From Octopus vulgaris (lineage: Eukaryota): a stretch of 64,000 nucleotides of DNA. The notes under the pieces are model-generated. The model saw nothing but the letters and a program-made list of their open reading frames with translations. It ran no database searches and was not told where the DNA came from. Location: the NCBI GenBank assembly GCA_951406725.2, contig OX597843.1, positions 20,150,001-20,214,000 on the forward strand. Reading direction: 5' to 3'. Shown piece by piece: positions 25,861 through 39,487 of this stretch; within the stretch, counting starts at the first letter, position 1, and each line of letters opens with the position of its first letter. Position numbers and translations under genes: made by a program.

Positions 25861-26206
25861 AGTTCATGGTATCTATCTCAGATTTCATTCAATTCGCGCT
25901 TAAATTATGAAAGATGAAAATATCTAACTTATTAAACAGAACATTGACTTTGCTATTTCACATCTTCAGATTTACGAGGTTTAAAGAATAACATTAACAA
26001 AACATTGCTATTTACTTTACATTAAGATTTCTCAAATGGTCAAAATGTTCCAAATTTGTTGACAAATGGGACTGATCGAATGAATCGATCCACTTTAGTA
26101 TTTGAATATTTGATTAAAACTTGAAGTGATTAATGCTGTGATGCAAGCCATTTAATTGGAAATAATCGCCTAGAACATAAATTAGTTCTTATGATTTTCA
26201 TGAGCA

Positions 26207-26979
26207 TCTAATAATAATTCTGCTTATTCCTCCGTCAGTAGGAATAAGCAGAATTCTTATTAGATAATAATAGCGCATCTGTAACACTTTTACAAGATGA
26301 ATTGAAGGGAAATGCGAAGAGCGAGAGAAAAGAGGGAGTAGAGGGAAAAAGTGGGTAAGGTGAAGAGCGAGAGAAAAACAGGCAGAGAGTAAAGGAGGGA
26401 GAGAAAAAGAGGGTAAGAGAAGCGTCTATGACGTGTGGTAGGGGGAACGTAATAGTTATTACGTGGTTAAAAATGTTAGTTGAAGGTAGTGATATAGAGG
26501 AGTGTGAGAAACAGAATTGTAGCAGAGGATCGATGTTCTGATGGTGAGATTAAAGATAGGCAGAGAAAGAGAGAAAGAGAGAGAGATGATGATGATGAAT
26601 GTGTTGGTGGTGTTAGTGGTGGTGGTGGTGTTTGTGTTGGTGAGTGTATGCGAAGAGTGTAATGTTTGTAATTGATATATTTTTTTAATACCACCTATTC
26701 CTTAAAGCATGCGCATAAGTGCAATCGTCTGTTCGCTTGAAAAATGTTATTTGTTTATAAACCAAAGATGAGAGACGAACAGCAGAAAGAATGAAACCAA
26801 ATGGGCAATGGCACCAAGAGAAACAGAGGGTCTTATCCAGAAGGACTGAAGGTGTTTTAAAACGACAATATGTAGAATATACAATTTATAAAGGAGCGCT
26901 AATTTTTATGTCTCCACATAAACATACAACCATCTAAAATCTTTCGCATTTGCCGCGGAATTTCTACGGGTGCTGCTCG
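26207..26979 (+). mobile_element. Non-autonomous Helitron
   Basis: A|TC start, subterminal GC hairpin and CTCG|T end; shares sequence with 3091-3640; hairpin of about 26 bp at its 5' end. Confidence 0.65.
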
Positions 26980-27374
26980 TGTATTAAAGAATTACTCTGT
27001 TTATGCTGCTCCATCTCTCCAGACGTGAAATCTTTTAAAAACACTTAAAAATTACATAAGTTTTCAGGTGAATCGAGACATATTCATCAGCAGAAACTTC
27101 ACCTGAACTTGCATAATTCTTTAGGACTAATAATTGATATGTGTTTATTGTTTGTGATGGTGTAAATTTCACTTATGACATTCTATTACAAATACAATTT
27201 TCAGAAGTTGCACATACAACACTTTTTCGCATTCTTCATTTACGTATTTTAAGAATTTGGCTGTTTGGGCGCATCTCTTTATTATCTGCACTTTAAACCA
27301 TCAGTATAACTTTTAATTGGATAAATAATTATTTCTTCTCTCACTCTCTCTGTCTCTCTAAATATATATATATA

Positions 27375-27454
27375 CTAGCTGAAGGTAACCTGCTCTACGC
27401 GTGGGTAAGAGTGTGGTATATATATATATAAATGTATACAAATTATATATATAT

Positions 27455-27486
<32 letters not shown>

Positions 27487-27969
27487 AGATAGATAGATAG
27501 AAAGATATAAATACAGATATATACACTTTGTATATATACATATCTATATATTTATATACTTATATATAGATACACACACACACATATATAAATTAACCCA
27601 ATAAATATCTGTGAAAGCGATGTAGAATGCCGTTTGACGAATCGACGTTATATATAGAAAAAGTGTTGGGAAGGGAGGAAGTAGAGAGAGTGAAAAGTGA
27701 TTGGAAGGGAGAAAATAGTGATTGAGTGAGGAAGACAGATACATAAAAGAATGGGAGTGGACTTGTCAAAGTGGGTTTTTGGCCCTGGCAACAACACCAT
27801 TTAAGATAGGAATTTCTAACGTAGCCCACTGGTGTCGTCACCGCATTTTACATGTCCCTGTACATTTTGGAGTCAATCCGACGGGATGTAGTGGCGTTGA
27901 AAGCGGGCCAAACGGTCGAGTCAAACAATCAAACAAACAAACTTTTCGCTTTTCCGTTTTATAAATAGA
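27375..27969 (-). mobile_element. Non-autonomous Helitron
   Basis: TC start, hairpin plus CTAG end; both ends match the element at 52576-58054. Confidence 0.75.
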
Positions 27970-27982
27970 TATATATATATAT

Positions 27983-28385
27983 AGGCGTAAGAATGTCTGT
28001 GCGGTAAGTAGCTTGCTTACGAACCACATGGTTCCGGCTTCAGTCCCACCGTGTGACACCTTAGTCAAGTGTCTTCTGTTATAGCCTCGGGCCGACCAAA
28101 GACTTGTGAGTAGATTTGGTAGACGGAAACTGAAAGAAGCCCGTCGTATATAAGTGTATATATATGTATATATATATATATATGTGTGTGTGTGTGAGTG
28201 TGTGTGTGTCTGCGCGCGTGTGTGTGTGTGTGTATATGTTTGTGTGTCTTTGTTATTCTCCCCAACATCCCTTGACAACCGATGCTGGTGTGTGTTCGTC
28301 CACGTAACTTGGCGGTTCGGCAAAAGAAACCGATAGAATAAGTACTAGGCTTACAAAGAATAAGTCCTGGGGTCGATTTGATCGA
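27983..28385 (+). mobile_element. tRNA-derived octopus-type SINE with internal microsatellite
   Basis: A/B-box-like head and conserved body; same family at 30901 and 37993. Confidence 0.85.
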
Positions 28386-28399
28386 TGTTTCTTTAGCTC

Positions 28400-29500
28400 T
28401 CTCCCCTTAATGCCACTCTCGGTATAAAATTGATCAGTGTGTCCAATCTCATCAAAATCCGAAGAAAAATGGTAAGGTTATATCATAAAACAGAATCCAT
28501 GTGACCATTTACACGAAAATATCCCATTGACATTTAAATCTTAGTACATTATATGAATAACGGATGTTTCATACGTCGAAGTGCTTAATTTTGCTCACGG
28601 TTCTTCAAAATCAGTCCATTATTTTATTGTGAATGATTTGAGGATTTTTGCTTCTCGCTTGTTTAATTTTAAATCTTTTACATGTCTCCGACATTAAACT
28701 TTCCCTAAAAGTGAAAGCTCATCAAAATCGGATGAATTCTGTAAAAGTTACTGTTTAAAATATTAATCCTACGGGTGATTGCATGCAAAAAGCCTATTGA
28801 TTTCTTAAAATCTCCCCCTCACATGCAGTTATCGATTCTTTGTCAACACTTCATGCTGGCATCAACTAATACACATGAACTATAACCACGTATAAAATTA
28901 CTACAAAATCGATAAGAATGTGTCCAAGAAAATTCTTATTTCCATTTATACATATTTCAAGCCATTTTGAATTAAATAAGTACCTTTACCCTCTCCCCCA
29001 CCAAACATTTACCTATATCTCAAATTTCATTAAAATCGGATAAAAAACATGAAATTTACGGCCAAAAAGTGGTATTTGCACTCTAAACACCCATTGATTT
29101 TAGAAAACCACTGCCCTGGGGCAATTAGCGATTTTTTTCAACGTCATATGCTGGGATCAACTTATTGCCGTCAGTAAAAGCTGCAGGATAAATAACATCG
29201 TTATGAGAATATGAAAGGTTACCGAACAAACTATTTAAAATGTCGCCATTGTTCTTAAATTACGTTTCACTTTTCGTTTGAAAAGAAAGAAAGTGTGGAT
29301 TATAACAGTGGTCGCTGAATTCCCAAATTTTTCATTAAAAACTTTTTTAAATGCGTCGTTCAAAAGCATTAGCCAAAGTCGGTACCGATTGGGATAGGGG
29401 ATGTGAATAAAATCAACAAACATTAAAACAATTTTTAAAGAGCTTCCTGCCATCATCTGCAACTTTGAGGTGAACAAAAAATGGAAAATCCTCACCAGAA
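28400..29500. repeat. Unclassified interspersed repeat with recurrent CATTAAAATCGG-like motifs
   Basis: Diverged collinear copy at about 61800-62645. Confidence 0.7.
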
Positions 29501-30900
29501 CGTAGAAAAGGTCTCTTATGAGGGAACGCTGCAGCAAAAGTATACCAAAATATTCTGTTGTGGGATTCGCTCGGCAACGAAGGAATATTTATCTCGAGTA
29601 TATAGATATATGCGCATGTGTGTGTAGGGAATGGCGTAGATACAATCCAGGCTACATAAGCTTCATAGCTAAGAGAACCACGAAAGTAGCATATTATCCT
29701 AACATGGGGTATACCACAAGCTACTCTTCAGTCAAAGGATATCTTGATTACGTGAAGTTTACATTCTCGTTAGAATCCCCGTGTAAACTTGTTGGGAATT
29801 TGATCAAAATGCAAAGAAAGAATAGTTCGGGAGGAAAACAGTTGTGTCGAAGGAAAATGCAAATAAAATACCAGAAATCCTATGTATAAGAATGAGAACG
29901 TTTGTTACTGATTAAGGAGTGTACGAAGACAAGGTTTGATATGGAAATTGGCTGGCGAGATGCTTTATGCACGTATTCCGGGGTCATTCACGGGTCCGTT
30001 GTAGGATAGATAAGTAAACATATTGTAGCATTATATATAGCCATTTAAAACAGAATTATAGGATGAAAATATAGGTGTAGTATTTGAAATGGATAGAGTG
30101 GTGTTTGAAGGAGAGGAAGGCGGAAGATAGTGTATTTACGTTGTAAAATAGTAGACCACGGTTTGCTCGTCGAGTTGGTAGAACTAATTTTGCTTTAAAA
30201 TCTAAGGACGGCGAGTGAAGTGGGAGATAGTAGTAGTAGCTTTCATCTGAGGTTATTATGTGAGTGCGCATTAGTCCACACGCGCGTATATGGTGTGCGT
30301 CTGTAGAATCTAGTATTTATGTACGCGTGCCAAGGTCTTTGTATATTATCATATACTGAGATGTGTGTAGAGAGAGAAGAGTTTAGAAAATGTATGACGT
30401 ATAAACGATAAGGAAAACAGGTTGGGAATTAAAAAATGAAAGAATAAAATGTTTAGGAAATGTTTACCAATATGTATGCAGAATAATATTGACATAACTA
30501 TAATAATTCTATGACATATTGATTGTAAAATTAATATTCTTATATCTTTTATAAACATCTTTTATATATCATATTTATATTCTATATTTTAATGTTCATA
30601 TACTATCTGTTGTGAATAGCATAATACACCTAATCTAATATTAATAATAATAATATTAGTAATAACTGAATATTATATATACTTATGGATGTAGATGTGT
30701 ATGTATGTTTCAGCATATATTTATATATATAGTGTGGATGTATACTCACAACATGAGGGCTAAACAACGGTGGTGTAATTCCCTTACGGGACAGTTACGT
30801 TATGTTGACAGTATACAACCACACCTTCGCCCCACCACCGCTTATGACTCTTCGAGACATTTAGAAATTTAATATTTCTGATATATATATGTATATATAT

Positions 30901-31119
30901 ACTCTTTTACTCTTTTACTTGTTTCAGTCATTTGACTGCGGCCATGCTGGTGCACCGCCTTTAATCGAGCAACTCGACCCCGGGACTTATTCTTTGTAAG
31001 CCCAGTACTTATTCGATCGGTCTCTTTTGCCGAACCACTAAGTGAGGGGACATGAACAAGCGATGTCAAGCGATGTTGGGGGGACAAACACAGACATACA
31101 AACACACGCGCACACACAA

Positions 31120-31152
<33 letters not shown>

Positions 31153-31352
31153 CAACACACACACATATATATATATGTATACATATATACATATATACGT
31201 CGGGCTTCTTTCAGTTTCCATCTACCAAATACACTCACAAGGCTTTGGTCGGCCCGAGGCTATAGTAGAAGACACCCACCAAGGTGCCACGCAGTGGGAC
31301 TGAACCCGGAACCATGTGGCTGGTAAACAAGCTACTTACCACACAGCCACTG
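30901..31352 (-). mobile_element. tRNA-derived octopus-type SINE
   Basis: Reverse complement of the SINE at 37993-38392. Confidence 0.88.
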
Positions 31353-31354
31353 TA

Positions 31355-31376
31355 TATATATAATTATGTATAACCA

Positions 31377-31417
<41 letters not shown>

Positions 31418-31530
31418 ATATAATTAATTATGTATAACCATATATGTATATATATATATATAATTAATTATGTATAACCATATATGTATGTATGTACGTA
31501 TGTATATATATATATATACATGTATGTATG

Positions 31531-31574
<44 letters not shown>

Positions 31575-31600
31575 ATTAATTATGTATAACCATATATGTG

Positions 31601-31638
<38 letters not shown>

Positions 31639-31670
31639 ATTAATTATGTATAACCATATATGTATGTATG
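31355..31670. repeat. Minisatellite TAATTATGTATAACCATATATG x5 with variable TA spacers
   Basis: Directly visible. Confidence 0.9.
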
Positions 31671-31741
31671 TACGTATGTATATATACATGTATGTATGTA
31701 TATACATATATGTATGTATGTATATACATTTACGTACGTGA

Positions 31742-31910
31742 AGCCCACTTACAACTGCAGCCGGCTATTACCAGCAAAGGTTTTAGTTGCCAATTTGGTT
31801 CAAGACATTGTAGATCGTTAGCTTGGCTAAAAAGTCACGTTCGATCACAGCACCAGTAACAGTTAAGCTTCGTGCAATGGCCATATTCGATATCGAGGGG
31901 GCAGCCATAA
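31742..31910 (+). mobile_element. Short 3' end of an RTE LINE
   Basis: Degenerate terminal C2H2 finger FSCQFGSRHCRSLAWLKSHVRSQH followed by a short 3' UTR. Confidence 0.6.
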
Positions 31911-32211
31911 TATATATATATGTATTCAAATGTGTGTATTTTGTTTATTTTATATTCATGTTTATAATTATTATTGTACTTGATAATCTCTGAGGAACCC
32001 TGGAGATATATACAAGTACCTCATTGTCATCTGCCTATTACCTCAATACACTTGATTAATAAAGTCAGAATGAGATACTTTTATCTATGGGCTGAAACAG
32101 CTGCAAGTTATTTTACTAATTTATATTCATGTTGTTCAATAATTACTTGTATCCTTTTCTTATATGCTATATGTATGTATGTTATTATAATTATGTATGT
32201 TATTATAATTA

Positions 32212-35200
32212 GTTTAGATTTCGATTCGACACTCTTCCGGCAGCTCCTGCAACCAAGCTGGTGCCAAACGTAATGCTCTGCACTCCTTTGGACTACGTCA
32301 GCAAGGTCGAGAGAAGAATCTTGACGATTGGGCTACCCAGGATTTTCTTAATTCTAGCCCAGGCCTGCGCAAAACTGGAGAGGACACTTCAGTGCTGCTG
32401 TAAAACGTGGCAGAAAAAACACGGGAGTTAACCGTCATGGGCGATAAGTCCATTGACATTGGCGTCAGATATGGGCACCACGGGACACCTCTGACCGTGA
32501 GAGGGACATCCATGTCCCATTGGTTAGCTACTGCCTATCTGAAGCTGGGCAGCTCCCAGTTAATAAGTTGCTGACCCGCCACAGGTCGCCTACTTCATTG
32601 GGTGCTTGGAGCTAAGAGTTTGACTTGAAAACACTTCAAAATTACATAAGGTCGGCACCAGGCAAACAACTAAAAGACAAGAAACCACCAGTCGTACGGT
32701 TAGGAAGCTGGAATGTCAGGGCCATGTGCCCTGGTATATCTGATGATCTACTCAGGGTTGAAGACACAAGAAAGACGGCCATCATTGACCATGAACTAGA
32801 GAGGCTTAACATAGACACTGCTGGGCTGCAGGAGACAAGACTCCCCTCAAACGGCAAACTCAAAGAACAGGATTTCACCTTCTTTTGGCAGGGAAGCGAT
32901 CCAGAAGAACCACGTCAGCATGGCGTTGGCTTTGCAGTGAGAAACTCATTACTCTCCTCAATAGAACCACCATCAGGAGACACTGAGCGTATCCTCTCAC
33001 TGCGCCTCTCGACTTCTTCTGGCTCAGTACATCTACCCAGCTTCTATGCTCCCGCTGTCTACGGCTCAGAGGAGACCAAGTACCAGTTCTACAAAGATCT
33101 CAACTGTGTCATTAAAAATATACCAACAAAGGAAAACATCTACCTTTTTGGAGATTTTCACGCTCGCGTGGGATCTGACCATGATTCGTGGCCCATTTGT
33201 GTTGGACACCCTGATATTGGCAACATGAATGACAATGGTGAGAGACTACTTGAATTTTGCACATACCATAACCTGTGCATCACCAACACATTCTTTGCCA
33301 ACAAGACATCCCACAAGACATCTTGGAGACATTCAAGATCTCACAACTGGCATCAGCTGGATCTCATTATCACACGAAGTTCCTTTCTGAATTCTATTCA
33401 ACTCACCCGTACTTACCACAGCACGGATTGTGTCACAGATCACTCACTAATTAGAAGCTGGGTGACGATCCTGCTTAAAAAGTCCATCACTCCAAGAAAA
33501 TGGGCCGACCACGCATTAACACTGCCAGAACCTCGTACCCTACACTGCGAAAATGTTTTGCTGTTTCTATCAAGTTTGCCCTCAGTAGCTGCCCAACCTC
33601 CTCTGCTGAAAGTAGGTGGAATTATATCAGGAAAGCTTTGTATACCACATCAATAGATACTTTCGGCATGAGAGAAAGGCAAGATCGAGATTAGTTCAGA
33701 GCTGGAACCAGTTATCGAAGCAAAGCGTGTAGCTCTGATGCAATACAAGAGTGATTCTTCTACAAAATCACTCGAAGAACTCAGAAAGGCAGGAAATATA
33801 ACCCAACTGACAGTCAGACATTGTGCAAATAGGTATTGGCAGGAAATCTGTCAGAGTATCCAGTCAGCTACCGACAGCGGCGATACCCGTGGAATGTATG
33901 CCGGTTTGAAGAAGGCCCTCGGTCCATCCGCAACCAAGTCAGCTCCTCTGAAATCAACTACTGGAGATCTCATCAAGGACCAAAGGAAGCAAATGGATAG
34001 ATGGGTGGAGTACTACCAGGATCTCTACTCACGGCAGACCACGGTAGCTGAGGTTGCAATCGAGAGTGTCAAGATCTTGCAAGTTATGAGCGAACTTGAC
34101 AGTCCGCCATCTATAGAAGAGCTATAGACGCCCTAGAAAGGGTATTGACACCTTAGCAAGTAGCAAATCTCTGGGAAAAGACGGCATCCCCTCAGAGATC
34201 ATCAAAGCCGGCAAAAACACAATCCTGCTTCGGCACCTTCATGAGCTTCTGTACGCTGGGAAGAGCGTACAGTCTCTCAGGATATGCGGGATGCTAACAT
34301 CATTACGCTTTACAAAATCAAAGGTGACCGTGGTGATTGTAACAATTACCGTGGAATATCTCATCTATGCACTGTTGGAAGGACCTTTGCTCGCGTTATC
34401 CTGTCCAGGCTACAACTGCTTACTTCTCGAATTCATCCGAAATCGCAGTGTGGCTTTAGAAGAAGCTGATCAACTACTGACATGATATTCTCCATACGCC
34501 AACTTCAGGAGAAGTCCAGAGAGCAGAAAATGCCATTATATATGGCGTTCATTGATCTGACAAAGGCCTTTGACTCTGTAAGTAGAAAAGGCCTCTTCAT
34601 CCTGCTCCAAAAATCGAATGTCCATCAAAGCTGCTGAGGATCATCAAATCTTTCCATGATGATATGCAAGGCACCATACAGCACAATGGATCAACATCAG
34701 CCGCCTTCCAAATAAAAAACGGAGTAAAGCAAGGTTGTGTCCTTGTTCCTACATTATTTGGCATCTTCTCGATGCTGCTCTCACATGCCTCTCAGACATC
34801 AAATGATGGAGTGTTTCTGCAGAGTAGAAGTGACGGGAGACTGTTCAGTCTCTCGCGCCTGCGTGGCAAGACCAAAATAAGAAGCGTCCTGATCAAGGAA
34901 ATGATGCAGCTCTGGTATCACACACAGAAGAAGCCCTACAAAGGCTCATCAGCTGTTGTGAGCAGGCATGTAAAGACTTTGGCTTACCTATCAGCCTCAA
35001 GAAGACCAACGTCATGGGTCGGGCTACACCGGACATCCCAAACATACATATTGGAGACCACAGATTACAGGAGGTGGGGAAGTTTTACCTATCTTGGCTC
35101 TACCGACACCTACAACCTATCCCTTGATGCTGAGCTCAAAATACGCATTGGCAAGGCAGCTGCTGTGATGACCCAACTCTCTCTCCAAACGGGCATGGGG

Positions 35201-35893
35201 CAACAATAAGCTGACCAAGAACACAAAAATGAAGATTTACCAGGCATGTGTACTGAGCACTCTACTGTATGGAAGTGAGACTTGGACGCCATTCACACGC
35301 CAAGAGCGTCGCCTAAATATATTTCATTTGCGCTGCCTCCGGAAAATCCTTCGCATGTCCCCAACAAAGATGTCCTCAAGCAAGCAGGAATACCAAGCAT
35401 GTTTGCATTCCTCACACAAAGACGTATGAGATTGCTTGGACATGATAACCGTATGGAAGATTGCAGAATCCCCAAGGACATACTCTACGGAGAGCTTGCT
35501 AGGGGCACTAGGTCTGTGGGAAGACCGTTCTTACGATACAAGGATGTATCCAAAAGGGTTATAAATGCCTGCAACATCAATATTACCAACTGTCAAGCAG
35601 TTGCCAGCAACCGTGGAGATTGTCGACGTACCGTAAAAGAGGAAACTCAAAGGAGTAACAGAGAGAGGAGAAATGGAACTACAAGAAAAGATGTCAACAA
35701 GAAATTATGACATTACAAACAGCCAGGCAAAGTCTTCGCTACATTTGCGGTGCCTGCCGGAGGGAGTGTTTGTCCAGGATAGGACTACACAGCCACAGCA
35801 GGAGATGTATTAGGATATGAAATGTAAAAACCGGACTAGATTATTTTATGCGCAACTCCATTGTCTCCCGAGACAAAAAGGATGCCAACAACA
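32212..35893 (+). mobile_element. Near full-length RTE (BovB-like) LINE, disrupted
   Basis: APE domain (GSWNVR, LQETR, GVGFAV, GDFHARVG, QLDLII, TDH); RT (NNYRGIS, FIDLTKAFD, GVKQGCVL, FTYLGS, LLYGSETW); terminal Zn finger; (CAA)n tail; candidate TSD ATTATAATTA at 32202-32211 and 35894-35903. Confidence 0.95.
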
Positions 35894-35988
35894 ATTATAA
35901 TTATCAGTTAAACAAATAAATAAGTTAATATTTTTGATGTCCTAATGTTGATGAACCAACTATTGTTCTCCTCCATTTTCTTACTTGC

Positions 35989-36103
<115 letters not shown>

Positions 36104-37057
36104 GTATATGTATGTATGTATGTATATATGAGGAGGCAAAACTATAGGAAAATTTGTTGTTCACAATGCACCACAATTTGAAAAAGTTGTAATTGGTTTT
36201 AAAAAACATTATTTACATACATACCAAACTAGTTTCAACAATATTTTTGATTTATTAATGGCAAAAATTTAAAATAATGAACGAGAAAAACATGTTTCAA
36301 TGTTTACAAGTTTCAGTAATATGAAATATGATTTAAATATTCATAACATTCAATAATATAAAAGATGTGGAAGATCTTGTTTGAATGCATAAAATTCAAA
36401 AGATCGATTAGAAATGTGTATCATCAGAGTTTCGGCCATACAGAGTTAAGAAGGAGAAAAACAAGGGAGTTATTGAGATAGTGGAAAAAGGGAAATCTTT
36501 GAGCACCGTCCCTGTAAATCATTTTCCGTTGAGTGCAAGGACTTTTGCTTGTAACGGCGTTTTTTCGAATTGGATGTGTTTACAATTTTTTGCCGTGAAC
36601 CGATCTGATATTTGATTCATTAAATTACAAGTGACCTCTAATTTTTCTGGTGGGCAAGGTTGTGGTTCTGCCTGATGGGCTTCCCATTGGGGGACGGGCA
36701 TCAGCCATTCCAGTTGGCTGATTCTCTTAAAGCGTCATTTTGTTGTGTTTGCTCAAGTTCGGTTCTGATCAGATGTAAAATTTCAATGATTTATGTGACA
36801 TCAGCAACTGGTGTTTATATGGTGTTATTGTATGGCGATTTGGATTTGCTATTTCGAAATCCGCGTTGAAGACTGTTACTAAAGATTTTTGAATTATGTC
36901 TGTTGTATCTCAGTTTTTTATTGTGGAAAAATTGTTTCTTTTTCCTTTTTCTGTTTAGTGTTTAAACAGAGGTGAATAAGAGAGAATGAATTAAACGATA
37001 TTCTTTATTCTAAAACACTACCATTGTATATTGTTCAGATGATGTAATTAATATATA

Positions 37058-37370
37058 GTGCATGGATCAGTGGTTAGAGCGTGGAGCTTACAATCGTGAG
37101 GTTGTGAGTTCGAATCCTGGACCGGACTGGGTGTTGTATTCTTGAGCAAGACCCTTTATTTCGCGTTCCTCCAGTTCACTCAGGTGTAGAAATGAGTTGC
37201 GACGTCACAGGTTCCAAGTTGTATCAGCCTCTTTGCCTCTCCCTTAAATAGAGAGGGAGGCCGGTATGTATGGGCGACTGCTGGTCTTCCATAAACAAAC
37301 TTGCCCGGACTTGTGCCTGGGAGGGTAACTTTCTAGGTGCAATCCCACGGTCAGTCATGACCGACAGGGC
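37058..37370 (+). mobile_element. tRNA-derived SINE, second family
   Basis: A box TGGATCAGTGG and B box GTTCGAATCC, followed by a CORE-like CTTGAGCAAG segment. Confidence 0.8.
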
Positions 37371-37467
37371 TCTGAGCTTAATCCTTACCATCTATTGTAG
37401 GTGTAAAATATGCTTTTAGGTGAGTATTTCAATAAGTTCTACGTTAGATCATACTATCATTTCATAG

Positions 37468-37588
37468 ACACATGTTCCACCTTTGATGAATGGCAGTGAT
37501 CACACAAGATATTAACCATATTATCTCATCAATGGAATACGGGTGTGATGTGTTGACACAATTGCAGGGATATGGAATAAAGAATGTC
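37468..37588 (+). pseudogene. Decayed LDL-receptor class A-like exon
   Basis: After acceptor ttcatAG: TCSTFDEWQ* then, across frameshifts, EYGCD...NCRD...KEC, resembling LDLa cysteine spacing. Confidence 0.35.
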
Positions 37589-37945
37589 GTTGAAACCATT
37601 CGCTTATTCCTCATCAGCTATGTATGTATGTATGTATGTATGTATGTATGTATGTATGTATGTATGTATGTATGCATGCATGTATGCATATGTATGTATG
37701 TATGTATGTATGTATATACCTATCTTTCCTCTTTTAATTGTTTCAGTAAGTTGACTGCTTTGCAGCAGGAGAATCGAGATCACTAACTATTCTTTTAAAC
37801 CCTGGTACTTACCCTGTCGGCCGCTTATGTGAAATCGCTAACTGACGAGGAATGAAACGCACTAACATAGGTTGTGAAGAAGTAGAGAGTACAAACATAG
37901 TCACACACACACACTCGCACCCATAGGTATATTATAAAAGTATAT

Positions 37946-37992
<47 letters not shown>

Positions 37993-37994
<2 letters not shown>

Positions 37995-38392
37995 TGCAGG
38001 GGTGGTTGTGTGGTAAGTAGCTTGCTAACCAACCACATGGCTCCGGCTTCAGTCCTACATGGCATCTTGGGCAAGTGTCTTCTACCATAGCCTAGGGCCG
38101 ACCAAAGCCTTGGGAGGGGTTTGGTAGACGGAAACTGAAAAGATGCCCGTCGTATATATGTATATATATATGCGTGTGTGTGTATGTTTGTGTGTCTGTG
38201 TTTGTCCCCCTAGCATTGCTTGACCACCGATGCTGGTGTGTTTACGTCGCTTTCAATTAGCGGTTCGGGAAAAGAGACCGATAGAATAAGTACTGGGCTT
38301 ACAAAGAATAAGTCCCGGGGTCGATTTGCTTGACTAAAAGGCGGTGCTCCAGCGTGGCCGCAGTCAAATGACTGAAACAAGTAAAAGAGTAA
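37993..38392 (+). mobile_element. tRNA-derived octopus-type SINE, full length
   Basis: Head, body and GAGTAAA tail; matches two other copies in the window. Confidence 0.88.
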
Positions 38393-38404
38393 AGAGAGAG
38401 TAGA

Positions 38405-38760
38405 GAGTATTTGAAAGATTTAGGACTCTACTCCATGTAGCGAAAACCGGAGAGGTATGTAGTGATATGTGTGGAAGTTACTAGGGAAGCTGGTATCAAA
38501 CTTTGGAATTCAGAATTATACCAGACCTCGAATTGGACGTCACTGCACTGTTCCAAAAGTCCCGGCTCTCTCATTGAATATTAGGAGAATGTACTGCAAT
38601 AGTTTGGAGTTCAAGTGCTCACAGATATTTAACGCCTTGCCAACACATCTGAGGAGAGGGTGTAGATGTTTCAAGATACCACTTGACCTCTTGCTATCCA
38701 AGTGAACCAATATCAGGGCAGGAAACTCAAAAGACTGCAGCGGCAGCGAACTCCGGTCAA
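38405..38760 (+). mobile_element. CR1-like LINE 3' fragment
   Basis: LKDLGLYSM..RY..WKLLGKLVSN..RIGRHC..IFNALP. Confidence 0.6.
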
Positions 38761-38796
38761 TCCCATAAACTCGGCCAGTCGAATAAAAGAATGAAT

Positions 38797-39487
38797 GTTT
38801 GAAAATGCAATTTTAAAAGATGTTTATTTACTTGACCGGTTTCACTCTCTTAGAAAAAGATTGTCAAAAGGAACATGTAAAAGCTTTGTTGTGTTAGGTA
38901 CTGGTTGTCTACAATACATATACGCATTCTTTAATAATAATATGAACATTTAGGTTGTATATAAATGTACAATGAGGGATATATATTTAGTTTGAACTGA
39001 CCTAATTCCCCATATTATCGTAAAAGCTTTTACGATAATATGGTGAATCAGGTCAGTTCAAACTAAACATATCTCCCTCATTGTACATTTATATACTACC
39101 AAAATGTAACCTTTTTGAACTTATAATTTTCTGTGTGTATATATACAGATACAATACCAATTTTCCTCTGAACTTTTTAATAATTCTTTCAGTAAACTGT
39201 TTTTAACATTCTCTTTTTATTATCAAATAATGTTTATATGTATTGTAATATTTTGTTCCCAATATTTTAATGAAGTTGTCAAATTTCTTTTATATTTTCC
39301 CAAGATTTTCATATTCAAGATTAACATATTCTTATTATTATTAAAGAAAGTATATAGGTATTGTAATATTTTGTGACAACCAGTACCTAACACAACAAAG
39401 ATTTTACATGTTGCTTTTGACAATTATTTCCAAATAAGTGAAACCGGTCAAGTAAATAAATATTTTTTCAACATTGCATTTTCAAAC
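38797..39487. mobile_element. Nested fold-back element with hammerhead-like motifs in both outer arms
   Basis: Outer arms about 38797-38950 and 39325-39487; inner spacerless palindrome 38957-39096; UUGACAA...GAAA CCGG UC on both strands. Confidence 0.75.

Noticed and set aside
31355-31670. Constant repeat with variable spacers resembling CRISPR
   Set aside because: Spacers are only TA/TATG microsatellite.
36420-36950. Short ORFs in non-repetitive DNA
   Set aside because: No recognisable motif or convincing splice pair.
37058-37130. tRNA gene
   Set aside because: No proper acceptor stem; it is a SINE head.
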